In this document: positions 10,049-19,823 of the stretch, in pieces
How the letters are laid out: each line of letters begins with the position of its first letter
How positions within the stretch are numbered: position 1 is the stretch's first letter
Source: Dehalococcoidia bacterium
GTDB lineage: Bacteria > Chloroflexota > Dehalococcoidia > Bin125
Reading direction: 5' to 3'
Length of the DNA stretch: 64,000 bases
Assembly (NCBI GenBank): GCA_963662615.2
Contig: CAXXSR010000001.1
Span: forward strand, 1,760,001 to 1,824,000
Made by a program: the position numbers and the translations under genes
The notes under the pieces: generated by a model
Seen by the model: the letters and a program-made list of their open reading frames with translations, nothing else
The model's database searches: none
Told to the model about the DNA's origin: nothing

Positions 10049-10927
10049 CTACGACACCGCCCCAGAGGCCGGGGCGTCCTGCTGCGCGCGCTGCTGGCGA
10101 GCCAGCGCCTCCTCTTCGGCCCCTATGCCGGCGAGATGGCTGATGTAGATCGGCACCAAGGGGAGCACGCAGGGAGAGATGAACGAGAGGACACCGCCCA
10201 CGAACGCAATCCCGAAGCCGAAGAGGCCCGTGACGCTGCCGCCCGTGCTCTCTTCCGCGCCACCCCCTGGGAGGAAAGCGAAATAGTCGTTCAGCACCGT
10301 CACGCGGTCCAGGAAGATGAGCATGCCAATGAAGACGAGGAGAATGCCACTGCCAATGGAGATGGCCGGCATGTACGGTCCCATCTTGCGCAGCAGTGCC
10401 GTGGACGAGCCCAGCGCCGCCCCCGTAATCAGGAAGGGAATCCCCAGCCCCAGCGCGTAGAAGACCAAGAGGAGGGCACCCTGGGCTACGGAGGAGCCGT
10501 CCGCTGCCAGCGTCAGGATGCCCGCGAGAATCGGGCCCACGCAAGGCGTCCAGCCCACCGAAAAGGCGCCGCCCACAAAGATCGACTTTCCGTACCGCCG
10601 TAACCCGGTGCGGCGCATGGGCGCGGCCGCCGAGCCGGACTTCGGCACCTGGGACGAGCCCCCGCCACCGAACTGGTACGTTCGCATGAGAAAGGGAATC
10701 GTGATCAGCTCGGAGAGGTGCAGGCCCAACACGATGAGGGCGACGCCCGCCACGCGCTGGAACCAGATGAGGTTGTCCTGCAGCGCGATTCCGACGATCC
10801 CGAGTGAGGCGCCCAGAATCACGAAGACGACGGAGAAGCCGCCCACGAAGGCGAGCGCGTGCATGAACGTGGTGCGCCGGGGGGCGGCGAATTCTCCTCG
10901 CCCTAACGTCGCTTGCGCCGTCGCCAT
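10049..10927 (-). CDS. ccdA: Cytochrome c biogenesis / disulfide-reducing membrane protein CcdA, circularly permuted
   Basis: Both Pro-Cys motifs present (GWTPCVGPIL and SFISPCVLPLVP); YALGLGIPF; six hydrophobic segments. Confidence 0.88.
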   Translation of the reverse strand: MATAQATLGRGEFAAPRRTTFMHALAFVGGFSVVFVILGASLGIVGIALQDNLIWFQRVAGVALIVLGLHLSELITIPFLMRTYQFGGGGSSQVPKSGSAAAPMRRTGLRRYGKSIFVGGAFSVGWTPCVGPILAGILTLAADGSSVAQGALLLVFYALGLGIPFLITGAALGSSTALLRKMGPYMPAISIGSGILLVFIGMLIFLDRVTVLNDYFAFLPGGGAEESTGGSVTGLFGFGIAFVGGVLSFISPCVLPLVPIYISHLAGIGAEEEALARQQRAQQDAPASGAVS

Positions 10928-11042
10928 AGCCGTATCCTAGTGCAGGCCGCGAATGCGTTCATATCAGGTTACGCCCGTCCCCTTCGCGCAGATTCCGTCG
11001 CCACGGACGCAAGGCGAGACCCGGGCGGAGAGCGACCCCGTC

Positions 11043-11726
11043 ATGATGCCCAAGCTGCGCCTCTCCGTCGTGATCCCCACACTGGACGAGGCAGGCGCCG
11101 TGGCGGGGGCCATTCGGAGCGCCCTTGCCGCCGGCGCCACTGAGGTGATCGTGGCGGATGGTGGCTCGCGCGACGGGACCACCGCGATCGCTGCCGTCCA
11201 GGGCGCCTCGGTTGTGCGGGCCCCACGCGGGCGGGGTCCCCAGCTCAACGCGGGAGCGGCCGCAGCCCGCGGCGACGCTCTCTGCTTCCTGCACGCGGAC
11301 GGCCGGCTCGCGCCCGCGGCGGGCGCGTCGATTCGTAAGATATTGAACGATCCGAGCATCATCGGCGGCAATTTTCGCCCCCATTTCGGCCGCTCGGCGC
11401 ACGGGCGCTTCCTTGCCGCCTTGTATCATGTCATCCGTCGCTTGCGGATCTATTACGGAGACTCCGCGATCTTCTGTCGCACAGATGCGTTTTGGGCCGT
11501 CGGCGGCTTCCCTGCGTACCCGCTGATGGAGGACCTGGCCTTCGTCCATCGGCTGCACCGGCGCGGCCGCATGGCCTACCTACAGGTGCCGGTGTTCGCG
11601 TCGCCCCGACGCTGGCAGCAGGGGGGGATCGCGCAGGTGTGGGCGTCCTGGCTGGTTATCCAGTCCCTCTACTTTCTCCGCATCTCGCCGCAGCGGCTCG
11701 CCCTCTTGTACCGGCAGATCAGGTGA
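11043..11726 (+). CDS. GT2 glycosyltransferase, TIGR04283-like
   Basis: SVVIPTLDE, DGGSRDGT, GRGPQLNAGA, FLHAD, YGD, PLMED and SPRRW motifs. Confidence 0.88.
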   Translation: MMPKLRLSVVIPTLDEAGAVAGAIRSALAAGATEVIVADGGSRDGTTAIAAVQGASVVRAPRGRGPQLNAGAAAARGDALCFLHADGRLAPAAGASIRKILNDPSIIGGNFRPHFGRSAHGRFLAALYHVIRRLRIYYGDSAIFCRTDAFWAVGGFPAYPLMEDLAFVHRLHRRGRMAYLQVPVFASPRRWQQGGIAQVWASWLVIQSLYFLRISPQRLALLYRQIR

Positions 11727-12550
11727 AGAACGACGCCTCCCGTCCGCCATTGCCCAAGAGCCCAATGCCCAGGAGCGACTCGCGCCGCCGGCGGGGCGTG
11801 AAGCGTCCCGACCTCCCCACGCCCGCGGTGGGCGTCTTGACGCGGGCGCCGGAGGCAGGGCAGAGCAAGACCCGCCTGGCGGCCGCGATCGGCGCAGCGG
11901 CGGCGGCACAGCTCGCCACCGCGATGCTCCTGGACACCACCAACGCCCTTTGCGGCTCCGGCGCCTGGCGCACAACGCTCTTCGTGGAGCCTCCCGCGGC
12001 GGCGGGCACGCTGGGATCCCTCACCGGATGCGACGATGTGCGACCGCAGAGCGAAGGCAGCATTGGAGCGCGGATGCTCTCGGCGGCGCGAACGCTCCGG
12101 CGGGAGGGCTATGCCCCCGTGGTCCTCGTGGGTTCGGATATCCCTGGCTTGACGCGGGAGCACATCAGCGAAGCCCTGGAGGCGCTCCGAGAGGCGGACG
12201 TGGTCTTCGGACCGGCCTGGGACGGCGGCTACTACCTCATAGGGCTCTGGGAGGCGGCGGCGGACCTCTTTGACGATGCCGCCGTCCCCTGGAGCACGAG
12301 CGAAGTGCTGGCAGCTTCGGAGAAGGCAGCGGCAACGCGAGGGTGGTCATCCCGGCGCATCCGCCCGGAGCGGGACGTGGACAGTCCGGCGGATCTCGCC
12401 ACCCTGCGAGCGCGCCTGCTAGCGTCGGGGGCAGCGCCTGACGCGGCGCACACACTGAAAGCGCTTGCGGCCCTTGACCAATCCATCGAGGGACTGCTCA
12501 ATCCGAGCGAAGGGAGGGGACGTGGTGAAGCTCGCGACGTTCACACATGA
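11723..12550 (+). CDS. DUF2064 / TIGR04282-like transferase
   Basis: APEAGQSKTRL, QSEGSIGARM, VGSDIP, GPAWDGGYYLIG, PWST and DVD motifs; GTGA overlap with the upstream stop. Confidence 0.87.
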   Translation: MKNDASRPPLPKSPMPRSDSRRRRGVKRPDLPTPAVGVLTRAPEAGQSKTRLAAAIGAAAAAQLATAMLLDTTNALCGSGAWRTTLFVEPPAAAGTLGSLTGCDDVRPQSEGSIGARMLSAARTLRREGYAPVVLVGSDIPGLTREHISEALEALREADVVFGPAWDGGYYLIGLWEAAADLFDDAAVPWSTSEVLAASEKAAATRGWSSRRIRPERDVDSPADLATLRARLLASGAAPDAAHTLKALAALDQSIEGLLNPSEGRGRGEARDVHT

Positions 12551-13400
12551 CGGCCGCACTCGAATCGGCGTAGTGGAGGAGGGCGAGATCGTCGATCTAG
12601 CTGCCGCTGCCGCCGACCTGCCAACGCAGATGCGAGCGTTCCTGGCGGCCGGGGAGGACGCGCTGGACGCCGCCCGCGTCGCGGTCCGGGGCAGCCCTCG
12701 CCTGGCGCTCGCCGACGTCCGCCTGGAGGCGCCGGTCCCGGAGCCCAGCAAATACCTGGCCGTGGGCCTGAACTACGCCGACCACGCCTCCGAGGGGGGG
12801 CACGAGCCGCCCGACTTCCCCATGATCTTCAACAAGCAGACCAACTGCATCACCGGCCCCTACGACCCCATCCACCTCCCGCGCGTCTCCGCCGACCTGG
12901 ACTACGAGGGCGAGCTGGGCTTCGTCATTGGCCGGCGCTGCCGGCACGTCCCCAAAGAGCGGGCCGCGGAGGTGATCGCCGGCTTCGTCGTCGCCAACGA
13001 CGTCAGCGTGCGCGACTGGCAGCGGCGCTCGCCGACGACGACCCTAGGCAAGTCGTTCGACACGCACGGCCCCCTGGGCCCTTGGATCACCACGGCGGAC
13101 GAGGTGGGCGATCCGCACACGCTTGAGCTTCGTACCTGGGTGAACGGCGAGGAGCGGCAGCACTCCAACACCGAGCAGCTGATCTTCGATTGCTACGACA
13201 TCGTGGCAACACTCTCCACCGTCTGCACGCTGGAGCCCGGTGACGTCGTCGCCACGGGGACGCCCAGCGGCGTGGCGCTGTTTTGGAAGCCGCCTCGATT
13301 CCTCACCGCCGGTGACGTCGTCCGGATCGAGATCGACCGCCTGGGCGCGATCGAGAATCGTGTGATCGCGGAGCCGGAGGACACCGCGCGAATCGGCTAA
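12522..13400 (+). CDS. Fumarylacetoacetate hydrolase family protein
   Basis: GLNYADH, DYEGEL, NDVSVRDWQ, GKSFDT and TGTPSGV motifs; RBS then GTG 12522. Confidence 0.93.
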   Translation: MVKLATFTHDGRTRIGVVEEGEIVDLAAAAADLPTQMRAFLAAGEDALDAARVAVRGSPRLALADVRLEAPVPEPSKYLAVGLNYADHASEGGHEPPDFPMIFNKQTNCITGPYDPIHLPRVSADLDYEGELGFVIGRRCRHVPKERAAEVIAGFVVANDVSVRDWQRRSPTTTLGKSFDTHGPLGPWITTADEVGDPHTLELRTWVNGEERQHSNTEQLIFDCYDIVATLSTVCTLEPGDVVATGTPSGVALFWKPPRFLTAGDVVRIEIDRLGAIENRVIAEPEDTARIG

Positions 13401-13569
13401 GCCCCACCGATCTTGCGCGCGGCAACGCCTGGCCGGGCCTGTCGTTGCCAGAACCGCTCCTACCGCGACCGCGCCTCCTCCCCCGTCTCAATCGGAGCCG
13501 GTTGCGACGGACAGCGGCGGAGCCTACCTTACGCGCACGGTCCATCCCAGACGGAAACAGGGGAGTGCA

Positions 13570-14826
13570 ATGGCGGCGACACAGCATCCTGAGCCATGGC
13601 GGACGGAGAGCTGGTTTACCAGCCCGTGGAACTTCCTGCCCGAGATCACGGAGCAGTTCAGCCTGCCTCCCAAGGTGCAAGTGCATGATGTGACGCTGCG
13701 CGACGGCGAACAGCAGGCCGGCGTGGAGTTCACCGCGGACGAGAAGATTGAGATCGCGGAGAAGCTCGCGGCGGCGGGCGTTCATCGCATTGAGGCGGGG
13801 TTGCCGGCGGTCTCGAAGGCCGACGAGGCCGCCGTGCGCGGCATTGTGCGGCGGGAGCTGCCGTCCGAGATCTGGGCTTTCTCCCGCTGCATGGTCGCGG
13901 ACGTGAAGCTTGCCGCCGACTGCGGTGTCGCCGGCGTGGTGATGGAGATCCCGGCCAGTCACCATTTGGTCCAGGAGGCCTATCGGTGGCCCATGGAAAA
14001 GGCGATTGACCTGTCCATTGAGGCGACCTCCTACGCCCAAGAGCTGGGCCTGAAGGTCTCCTACTTCCCCATCGACGCCACGCGGGCCGGCATCGTTCAG
14101 TATCTGGACCTGATCGCGAAGGTGGCCAAGGAGGGCCACGTGGACTCCTGCGGGCTGGTGGACACGTTCGGCGTGTTGTCGCCGCACGCGGTGAGCTTCT
14201 TCGTGCGACGGAGCCGGGAGACGCTGGGCGTGCCGCTGGAAACGCACTTCCACATGGACTTTGGCATGGGGGTCGCGAACACGGCGATCGCCGTGGCCTC
14301 GGGGGCAGAGGTGATTCAGACCACCGTGACGGGCCTCGGGGAGCGGGCCGGCAACACCCCCATGGAGGAGACGCTCCTGACCCTGTTAACCATGTACGGC
14401 GTGGACACCGGTGTGAAAACCGAGGATTTCTTCGACCTCTCCCGTCTGGTGCTGGAGCGGGCCGGCGTGGCCCAACCGGCCAACCGACCCGTCGTGGGCG
14501 AGCGGCTCTTCAATGTGGAGTCGGGAATCATTGCGACCTGGGTGAAGAACGTCGGCGACGAGAAGCTCACGGAGGCCTTCCCCTACCGGCCGGAGCTGGT
14601 GGGACAGGAAGCGCCCAAGATCGTCCTGGGCAAGGGCTCGGGGCTGGACTCGATCGCCGTCTGGCTTGACCGTCACCGGCTCTCCGCCACCACGGAGGAG
14701 ATGGAGGCGATCCTGGCGGAAGTGAAGGCGCGATCGTTGGAGAAAAAGCGCCTCCTCAGCGACGACGAGTTCCTCAGCGTCGTGGCTGGGATCGCCACGC
14801 CCGCCGCCAACGCCCCCAAGCGCTGA
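13570..14826 (+). CDS. DRE-TIM metallolyase, homocitrate/isopropylmalate/citramalate synthase-like
   Basis: DVTLRDGEQQ, HFHMDFGMGVAN, GLGERAGN, ESGI and LGKGSG; no LeuA regulatory domain. Confidence 0.88.
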   Translation: MAATQHPEPWRTESWFTSPWNFLPEITEQFSLPPKVQVHDVTLRDGEQQAGVEFTADEKIEIAEKLAAAGVHRIEAGLPAVSKADEAAVRGIVRRELPSEIWAFSRCMVADVKLAADCGVAGVVMEIPASHHLVQEAYRWPMEKAIDLSIEATSYAQELGLKVSYFPIDATRAGIVQYLDLIAKVAKEGHVDSCGLVDTFGVLSPHAVSFFVRRSRETLGVPLETHFHMDFGMGVANTAIAVASGAEVIQTTVTGLGERAGNTPMEETLLTLLTMYGVDTGVKTEDFFDLSRLVLERAGVAQPANRPVVGERLFNVESGIIATWVKNVGDEKLTEAFPYRPELVGQEAPKIVLGKGSGLDSIAVWLDRHRLSATTEEMEAILAEVKARSLEKKRLLSDDEFLSVVAGIATPAANAPKR

Positions 14827-15219
14827 GCCGGCCGGCGGCGACACATCAAATCCCCGTCAGGAGACCGTTCAGCCGCAGCGCGATGTCGCGGCTAACCGTC
14901 TGGTGCGTCGCCGGGCGGCGTTGATTACGCAGCCGACCGGCAGCTTCTACGCTCCGCCCCCTCCGCCCTGGGAGGGGCTGCGGTCCTGGCCGTCGCGGAA
15001 TCGATCCCAGCCGAGACGTCGCTGCCCGGAGTCCCGGGAATCGACGAACCGGAGGTAGGATCGTGCGCTTTTCGGCGGCGCGCAGAGCGCGGAGCGGCCG
15101 GCCGCCCGAGATGACGGTCGCCTGCGACCACGCCGGGGCTCCACCCGGCCCCGCCGCGAGCGACCAATACGTCCGCCCGCCGGCCTCGTAGAATCGCTCA
15201 GAGGGGGCAAGAGCGCAGG

Positions 15220-16440
15220 ATGGCGGAATCCCACCGGGCCGCTTTGCAGGCCGGCGCCCCTTCGACGCCCGCCGCTCCGGAACAGCCGCCGCTGCCGGAG
15301 GAGAATCCCAACCGTCACCGCGAGTACCACGGCTGGCGCACGATGGTCACCGCGCTGTTCATTGTCGGCGTGGCGGCCCTGGCAATCTCGCTCGCCGTGT
15401 TCAGCGGCGGGACGCCGGCCACCGAGGGCGACTTCGGCGTCGTGGAGCTGCCCGCCTATCTCAATCCGGCCCAGCGGCCGGTGGAAGTCCGCGCCGGGGC
15501 GCTGGCGCCGGACCTTGAATTGGAGACGCTGAACGGCGAGCGCTTCCGCCTCTCGGACTGGCGGGGGCATCCGCTGGTGCTGAATTTTTGGGCCTCGTGG
15601 TGCGGCCCCTGTCGACGCGAGACGCCCGTCCTGATCCGGCTTCAAGACGAACACCGCCGCGCGGGCCTCGTCGTCGTGGGGGTCAACATTGAGGAGGCGC
15701 GGGGCCCGGCGCGCGGATTCGCCGACGAGTTCGCCATCAATTACCGCCTGCCCATGGACTTCTCCGGCTCGGTCACGCGGCGGTACTTTCCCGGGTTCAC
15801 GGGCCCACCCCGCACCTATTTCATCGCGCCCGACGGATCCATCCACGAGTTCTTCGTGGGCCAAGCGTCTGAAGCCGAAGTGGAACGGGCCACCGTGAAG
15901 CTGATGCGCCTGATCGACGGTCCGCTTGGTCCCAACGTCCTCCCGGGCCCCAAGGCGCTACCCACCAATCTTCTTTCGGAGTTCCATGTTGTGGGCACGC
16001 GCGTGGGGGAACTCGCCCCGGACTTCGTCCTCCCCACGGAGGGCAGTCCGGCGCGAATGTGGCGGCTGTCGGACCAGCGGGGCCGTCCCCTCCTGCTGAT
16101 CTTCGTGGAGCCGGGCTGTCCGGTCTGCGCGGTGGACTGGGCGATCGACGCAGCGACAGAAGGCGGCGTCGATGCGGTCGTCATCACGTCGTCGGGTACG
16201 GTGGCTGCCAGGGCGGGGGGCGCACCGTTCACCGAGTTGCAGTGGGAAACGGAGACCGGCTCCTTATTCGCGAAGGGGAACTCCGTCCAGTACGCCGTTG
16301 TAGGAGCTGACGGCGTGCTGCGGGCCCTGTCCGCGGCGAACGGGGAGATTCTGCGGGCGTTGGAGGCCCTGGCTGCCGAAGCCGCCGTCCCCCAAGCCAC
16401 CGTCCCCGAAGCCACCGCCCCCGACGCCCCGGCCTCCTAG
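15220..16440 (+). CDS. Membrane-anchored TlpA/ResA-like disulfide reductase with a second thioredoxin-like domain
   Basis: N-terminal TM segment; LNFWASWCGPC; second APDFVLP...LSDQRGRPLLLIF...CPVC module. Confidence 0.88.
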   Translation: MAESHRAALQAGAPSTPAAPEQPPLPEENPNRHREYHGWRTMVTALFIVGVAALAISLAVFSGGTPATEGDFGVVELPAYLNPAQRPVEVRAGALAPDLELETLNGERFRLSDWRGHPLVLNFWASWCGPCRRETPVLIRLQDEHRRAGLVVVGVNIEEARGPARGFADEFAINYRLPMDFSGSVTRRYFPGFTGPPRTYFIAPDGSIHEFFVGQASEAEVERATVKLMRLIDGPLGPNVLPGPKALPTNLLSEFHVVGTRVGELAPDFVLPTEGSPARMWRLSDQRGRPLLLIFVEPGCPVCAVDWAIDAATEGGVDAVVITSSGTVAARAGGAPFTELQWETETGSLFAKGNSVQYAVVGADGVLRALSAANGEILRALEALAAEAAVPQATVPEATAPDAPAS

Positions 16441-16588
16441 CTCGCGGTCCTCCCAGCCGGCGCGACCGCATCCGGGCGGCGGGGATCGGTGTCCTCCCTC
16501 ATACCCGAGCGGGCAGGGCAGGCCGTATCCTAGGTTGTGTCGGAGTCCGGTCCGCGACAGAGCGGACGTCGCCAACGGGGAGCGGAGC

Positions 16589-17671
16589 ATGGCGCTCTTT
16601 CCCGAGCTGGTCAAACAGGGCCACGAGCAACTGATCTTTCACCACGACCCCGCTTCCGGCCTCCGCGCGATCGTCGCCATACACTCCACGCTCCTGGGTC
16701 CCGCGCTCGGTGGGACGCGCTGGTATCCCTACCCGGATGAAGGCGAGGCCGTGCGAGATGCGATCCGCCTCTCCGCCGCCATGACGCAGAAATCGGCGGT
16801 CGCCGGCCTGGACCTCGGCGGTGGCAAGGCTGTCGTCCTCGGCGACCCCACGCGCAAGACGCCGGCGCAGCTGCGCGCCTACGGCGAGTTCATTGAGAGC
16901 TTGGGGGGGCGCTACCTCACGACGACGGATGTGGGCACGACCACCGACGAGATCGATGAAGTCGCCCGCTACACCCGCCACGTCGTGGGCACGTCGGCCG
17001 CGCGCGGCGGCAGCGGCGACACCTCCGCGCTGACGGCCGTCACGGTCATCAACGGGATGCGCGCGGCCATGCGCGTCGCCTTTGGCGACGAGTCCTTCCG
17101 CGACCGCCACATCGTGGTGGTCGGCGTCGGCAAGGTGGGAGGCCGTGTGGCCCGCCATGCGGCCGAGCACGGCGCCCGCGTCAGCATTGCCGACGTGCGC
17201 GCGGACGCCGCCCGGAAGCTGGCCTGCGAGACCGGCGCCGACGTTGTCGACGTCGCGCGGGCCTACGCCATGGAATCTGACGTGCTCTCGCCCAACGCGC
17301 TGGGCGACGTCCTCACGCCGGAGACGATCCCCGCCCTGCGCTGCGCCGTCGTCTGCGGCGGCGCCAACAACCAGCTCCACTCCGACCCCACCGACGCCGA
17401 TCTCCTTCGCGACCGCGGCATCGTCTACGCGCCGGACTACGTGGTCAACTGCGGCGGAGTCATCAACGTGGCGGTGGAGCTGGACGGCTACGACCCGGAT
17501 CGCGCGCAGCGGCTCGCCGACAACGTCTACAAGACCACCTTGGCCGTCCTGGAGACGGCCCAACAGGCCGGCATCTCCACGGCTGCGGCGGCGCTGCGAC
17601 GAGTCGAGGAACGGCTGGCGGCGGCGAAGTCCGCGAGTAAAGAGGCGCCGGACGGATTCGAGATCCGCTAG
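16589..17671 (+). CDS. Glu/Leu/Phe/Val dehydrogenase (leucine/valine dehydrogenase-like)
   Basis: GLRAIVAIHSTLLGPALGGTR, GGGKAV, GVGKVG, GGANNQL and PDYVVNCGGVI motifs. Confidence 0.93.
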   Translation: MALFPELVKQGHEQLIFHHDPASGLRAIVAIHSTLLGPALGGTRWYPYPDEGEAVRDAIRLSAAMTQKSAVAGLDLGGGKAVVLGDPTRKTPAQLRAYGEFIESLGGRYLTTTDVGTTTDEIDEVARYTRHVVGTSAARGGSGDTSALTAVTVINGMRAAMRVAFGDESFRDRHIVVVGVGKVGGRVARHAAEHGARVSIADVRADAARKLACETGADVVDVARAYAMESDVLSPNALGDVLTPETIPALRCAVVCGGANNQLHSDPTDADLLRDRGIVYAPDYVVNCGGVINVAVELDGYDPDRAQRLADNVYKTTLAVLETAQQAGISTAAAALRRVEERLAAAKSASKEAPDGFEIR

Positions 17672-18123
17672 CGGTCACGGCCACGCGCCCCACGCAGCGG
17701 GCGGGCGAAGCTGAGTTCGTGTCCGTCCGGGTCCGTGAGGTGGAAGTAGCGCTCGCCCCATTCGGCGTCGCGGGGCGCGAACTGCGGCGACAACCCCCCG
17801 CCCAGGGCCCGCTCGTAGAACGCATCCACGTCCGAGACGTAGAAGATGAGGCGGCCCCACCAAGGGAGCGGCGGCGCGTCTCCCCGCACGACCAAGTTGA
17901 TGTAGCTCTCGCCCACGGCGAAGCTGGTGAACGACGCCTCCGCGCCGCCGGAGAGCCGGCGATAGCCCAGCGCCTCGTAGAAGTGCACGGCTCGCGCCAT
18001 GTCCGTTGTCGCCAGCGTGACCGCGCTGATCGACTCGACACGCGCATCCGAGGCCGGCGCTGCGGCGCCGTCGCCGGGGGCGTCGGCATCGGCACGGGCA
18101 TCGCCGGGCTGAGACCTGGCCAT
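17668..18123 (-). CDS. VOC / glyoxalase family protein
   Basis: ISAVTLAT, FYEALG, WWGRLIFYVSDVD and WGERYFHLTDPDGHELSFA motifs. Confidence 0.88.
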   Translation of the reverse strand: MARSQPGDARADADAPGDGAAAPASDARVESISAVTLATTDMARAVHFYEALGYRRLSGGAEASFTSFAVGESYINLVVRGDAPPLPWWGRLIFYVSDVDAFYERALGGGLSPQFAPRDAEWGERYFHLTDPDGHELSFARPLRGARGRDR

Positions 18124-18204
18124 ATGGCAATGCTACAGCCGCCCATGCTACCGCCGCCCCGTCGGGCGATGTCCCGCGCTCGGGAAAGGCGCAGCCAGCG
18201 GGCC

Positions 18205-18232
18205 TTGCATAGGCGTCCCCGTCCGATATGAT
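18205..18232 (+). promoter_or_regulatory. Sigma70-type promoter upstream of the TPP riboswitch
   Basis: TTGCAT-N16-TATGAT about 13 nt before the aptamer. Confidence 0.55.
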
Positions 18233-18245
18233 GCAGGCGACAGTG

Positions 18246-18330
18246 GTCACGCCGGGGTGGTGCGGCGGCAGCCGCGCCTGAGATGACACCCGCTGAACCT
18301 GATCCGGTTAATGCCGGCGTAGGGAGCGAT
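18246..18330 (+). ncRNA. TPP (THI-box) riboswitch
   Basis: GGGGTG...CTGAGAT...ACCCGCTGAACCTGATCCGGTTAATGCCGGCGTAGGGA consensus upstream of an NMT1/THI5-like ABC operon. Confidence 0.95.
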
Positions 18331-18622
18331 GGGCTTGCCTCTCTTTTCCACGGTTCCTTGGTCCGCGCTCGTGCAGATGTCTGAGCCGATCCCCGGACGT
18401 GCCCTCGCCGCCAGGCGGCGGCATCGCTGACGGCGGTCAGGCTAGGCGTCCCGCGCGAGTATCGCCCTTCCTCGCAGACGCGGGCAGTCTCGCCAAGACG
18501 GATCCCCAGCGGTGCGCCGATTGGCCGTGGCCGCGACCGGGGGAGCGTGGGTCCGGTTCGCGCCGGGTGCATGCCGCCGGAGCCCCGCAGAGCGGAAGGG
18601 TCTACGTTGGAAGGAGGCGAAC

Positions 18623-19696
18623 ATGACGAAGGGACGGCCCTGGGCAGAGCTGCCCGCACAGCGCTTGAGCCGCCGCCGGCTCCTTGCTCTCAGCGCGAGC
18701 GCGGGCATCGGCGCGGCGGGACTCGCCCTCGTCGGCTGCGGCGACGACGATGACGGAGGACAGCCCGGAGGGCTGAGCACGGTCAGCCTGGCGCTGGACT
18801 GGGTGCCGAACACCAACCACACTGGCTTCTACGTTGCCGACGCGATGGGATGGTACGAGGACGCGGGAGTGCGGCTCGACATCCTGCCCTATGCGGACAC
18901 GTCCCCCGACGTCCTGGTGGACGCGGGCACGGCGGATTTCGGCATCTCGTTCGCCACCAGCGTCCCGCTCGCTGTCTCTGCCGGCCTTTCGCTCACCTCG
19001 GTGATGGCGATCCTCCAGCGACCGGCCAGCGCCCTTGTCGTCCGCGCCGACCGAGACGACATCCGCTCGCCCAAGGATCTGGACGGCAAGCTCTACGCCG
19101 GCTTCGGCGCACCCTTCGAAGAGCCCATGATCTCCCAGATCATCCAGGCCGACGGAGGCCGGGGCGAGTTCGAGACCGTCACGCTCAACACCTTCGCCTA
19201 CGACGCGGTCAACAGCGGCGATGCGGACTTCGCCTGGGCGTTCGTGACCTGGGAGGGCGTGCAGCAAGAGCTCCTGGGCGAGCCGTTCCGGGAGTTGCAC
19301 TTCCGCGATTTTGGCTTCCCGGAGTGGTATGCGGTGGTGCTGATAGGGAACCCGAACTGGCTCGGCGACCATCCCGATCTGGCGAGGGCGTTCGTGCAGG
19401 CATCGCAGCGTGGCTTCGAGTTCGCCGCGCGACGGCCGGAGGAAGCGGCCGGGATCCTGATCGATAAGAATCCGGGCGTCTTCACCGAGCCGGAGCTGCC
19501 CATCGCCAGCGCCGCCCTGCTCGCCGGCGAGTTCTACCTCAATGAGGATGGCAATTTCGGCACGCAGACGTTGCAGAAGTGGACCGACCTCCCGCGGTTC
19601 CTCTTCGAGATTGGTGCGCTGACCGACGAGAACGGGGATCCACTGCAACGGGAGCCCGACTACAGCCGCTTCTTCACGAATGCCTTCCTTTCTTAG
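18623..19696 (+). CDS. thiY: NMT1/THI5-like ABC substrate-binding lipoprotein (thiamine-precursor uptake), Tat signal
   Basis: SRRRLL Tat motif, lipobox VGC, LDWVPNTNHTGFYVA; downstream of TPP riboswitch. Confidence 0.85.
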   Translation: MTKGRPWAELPAQRLSRRRLLALSASAGIGAAGLALVGCGDDDDGGQPGGLSTVSLALDWVPNTNHTGFYVADAMGWYEDAGVRLDILPYADTSPDVLVDAGTADFGISFATSVPLAVSAGLSLTSVMAILQRPASALVVRADRDDIRSPKDLDGKLYAGFGAPFEEPMISQIIQADGGRGEFETVTLNTFAYDAVNSGDADFAWAFVTWEGVQQELLGEPFRELHFRDFGFPEWYAVVLIGNPNWLGDHPDLARAFVQASQRGFEFAARRPEEAAGILIDKNPGVFTEPELPIASAALLAGEFYLNEDGNFGTQTLQKWTDLPRFLFEIGALTDENGDPLQREPDYSRFFTNAFLS

Positions 19697-19823
19697 GCGA
19701 CGAAGCCTGTCCTAGCAGGCGAAGGCTCTCGGAAGGGACCCGGGCTCTCGGCGAGCAGGGACGGGGACAGTGTCGGTCGCCGCGGGGCGGCTCTCCCGCC
19801 GCACCCAGGAAAGAGGAGGTGCA

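Noticed and set aside
14830-15210. GC-rich stems and a GGAGG-GTG short ORF in the intergenic region
   Set aside because: No recognisable ncRNA consensus; pairing is expected by chance at this GC; the peptide looks non-natural.
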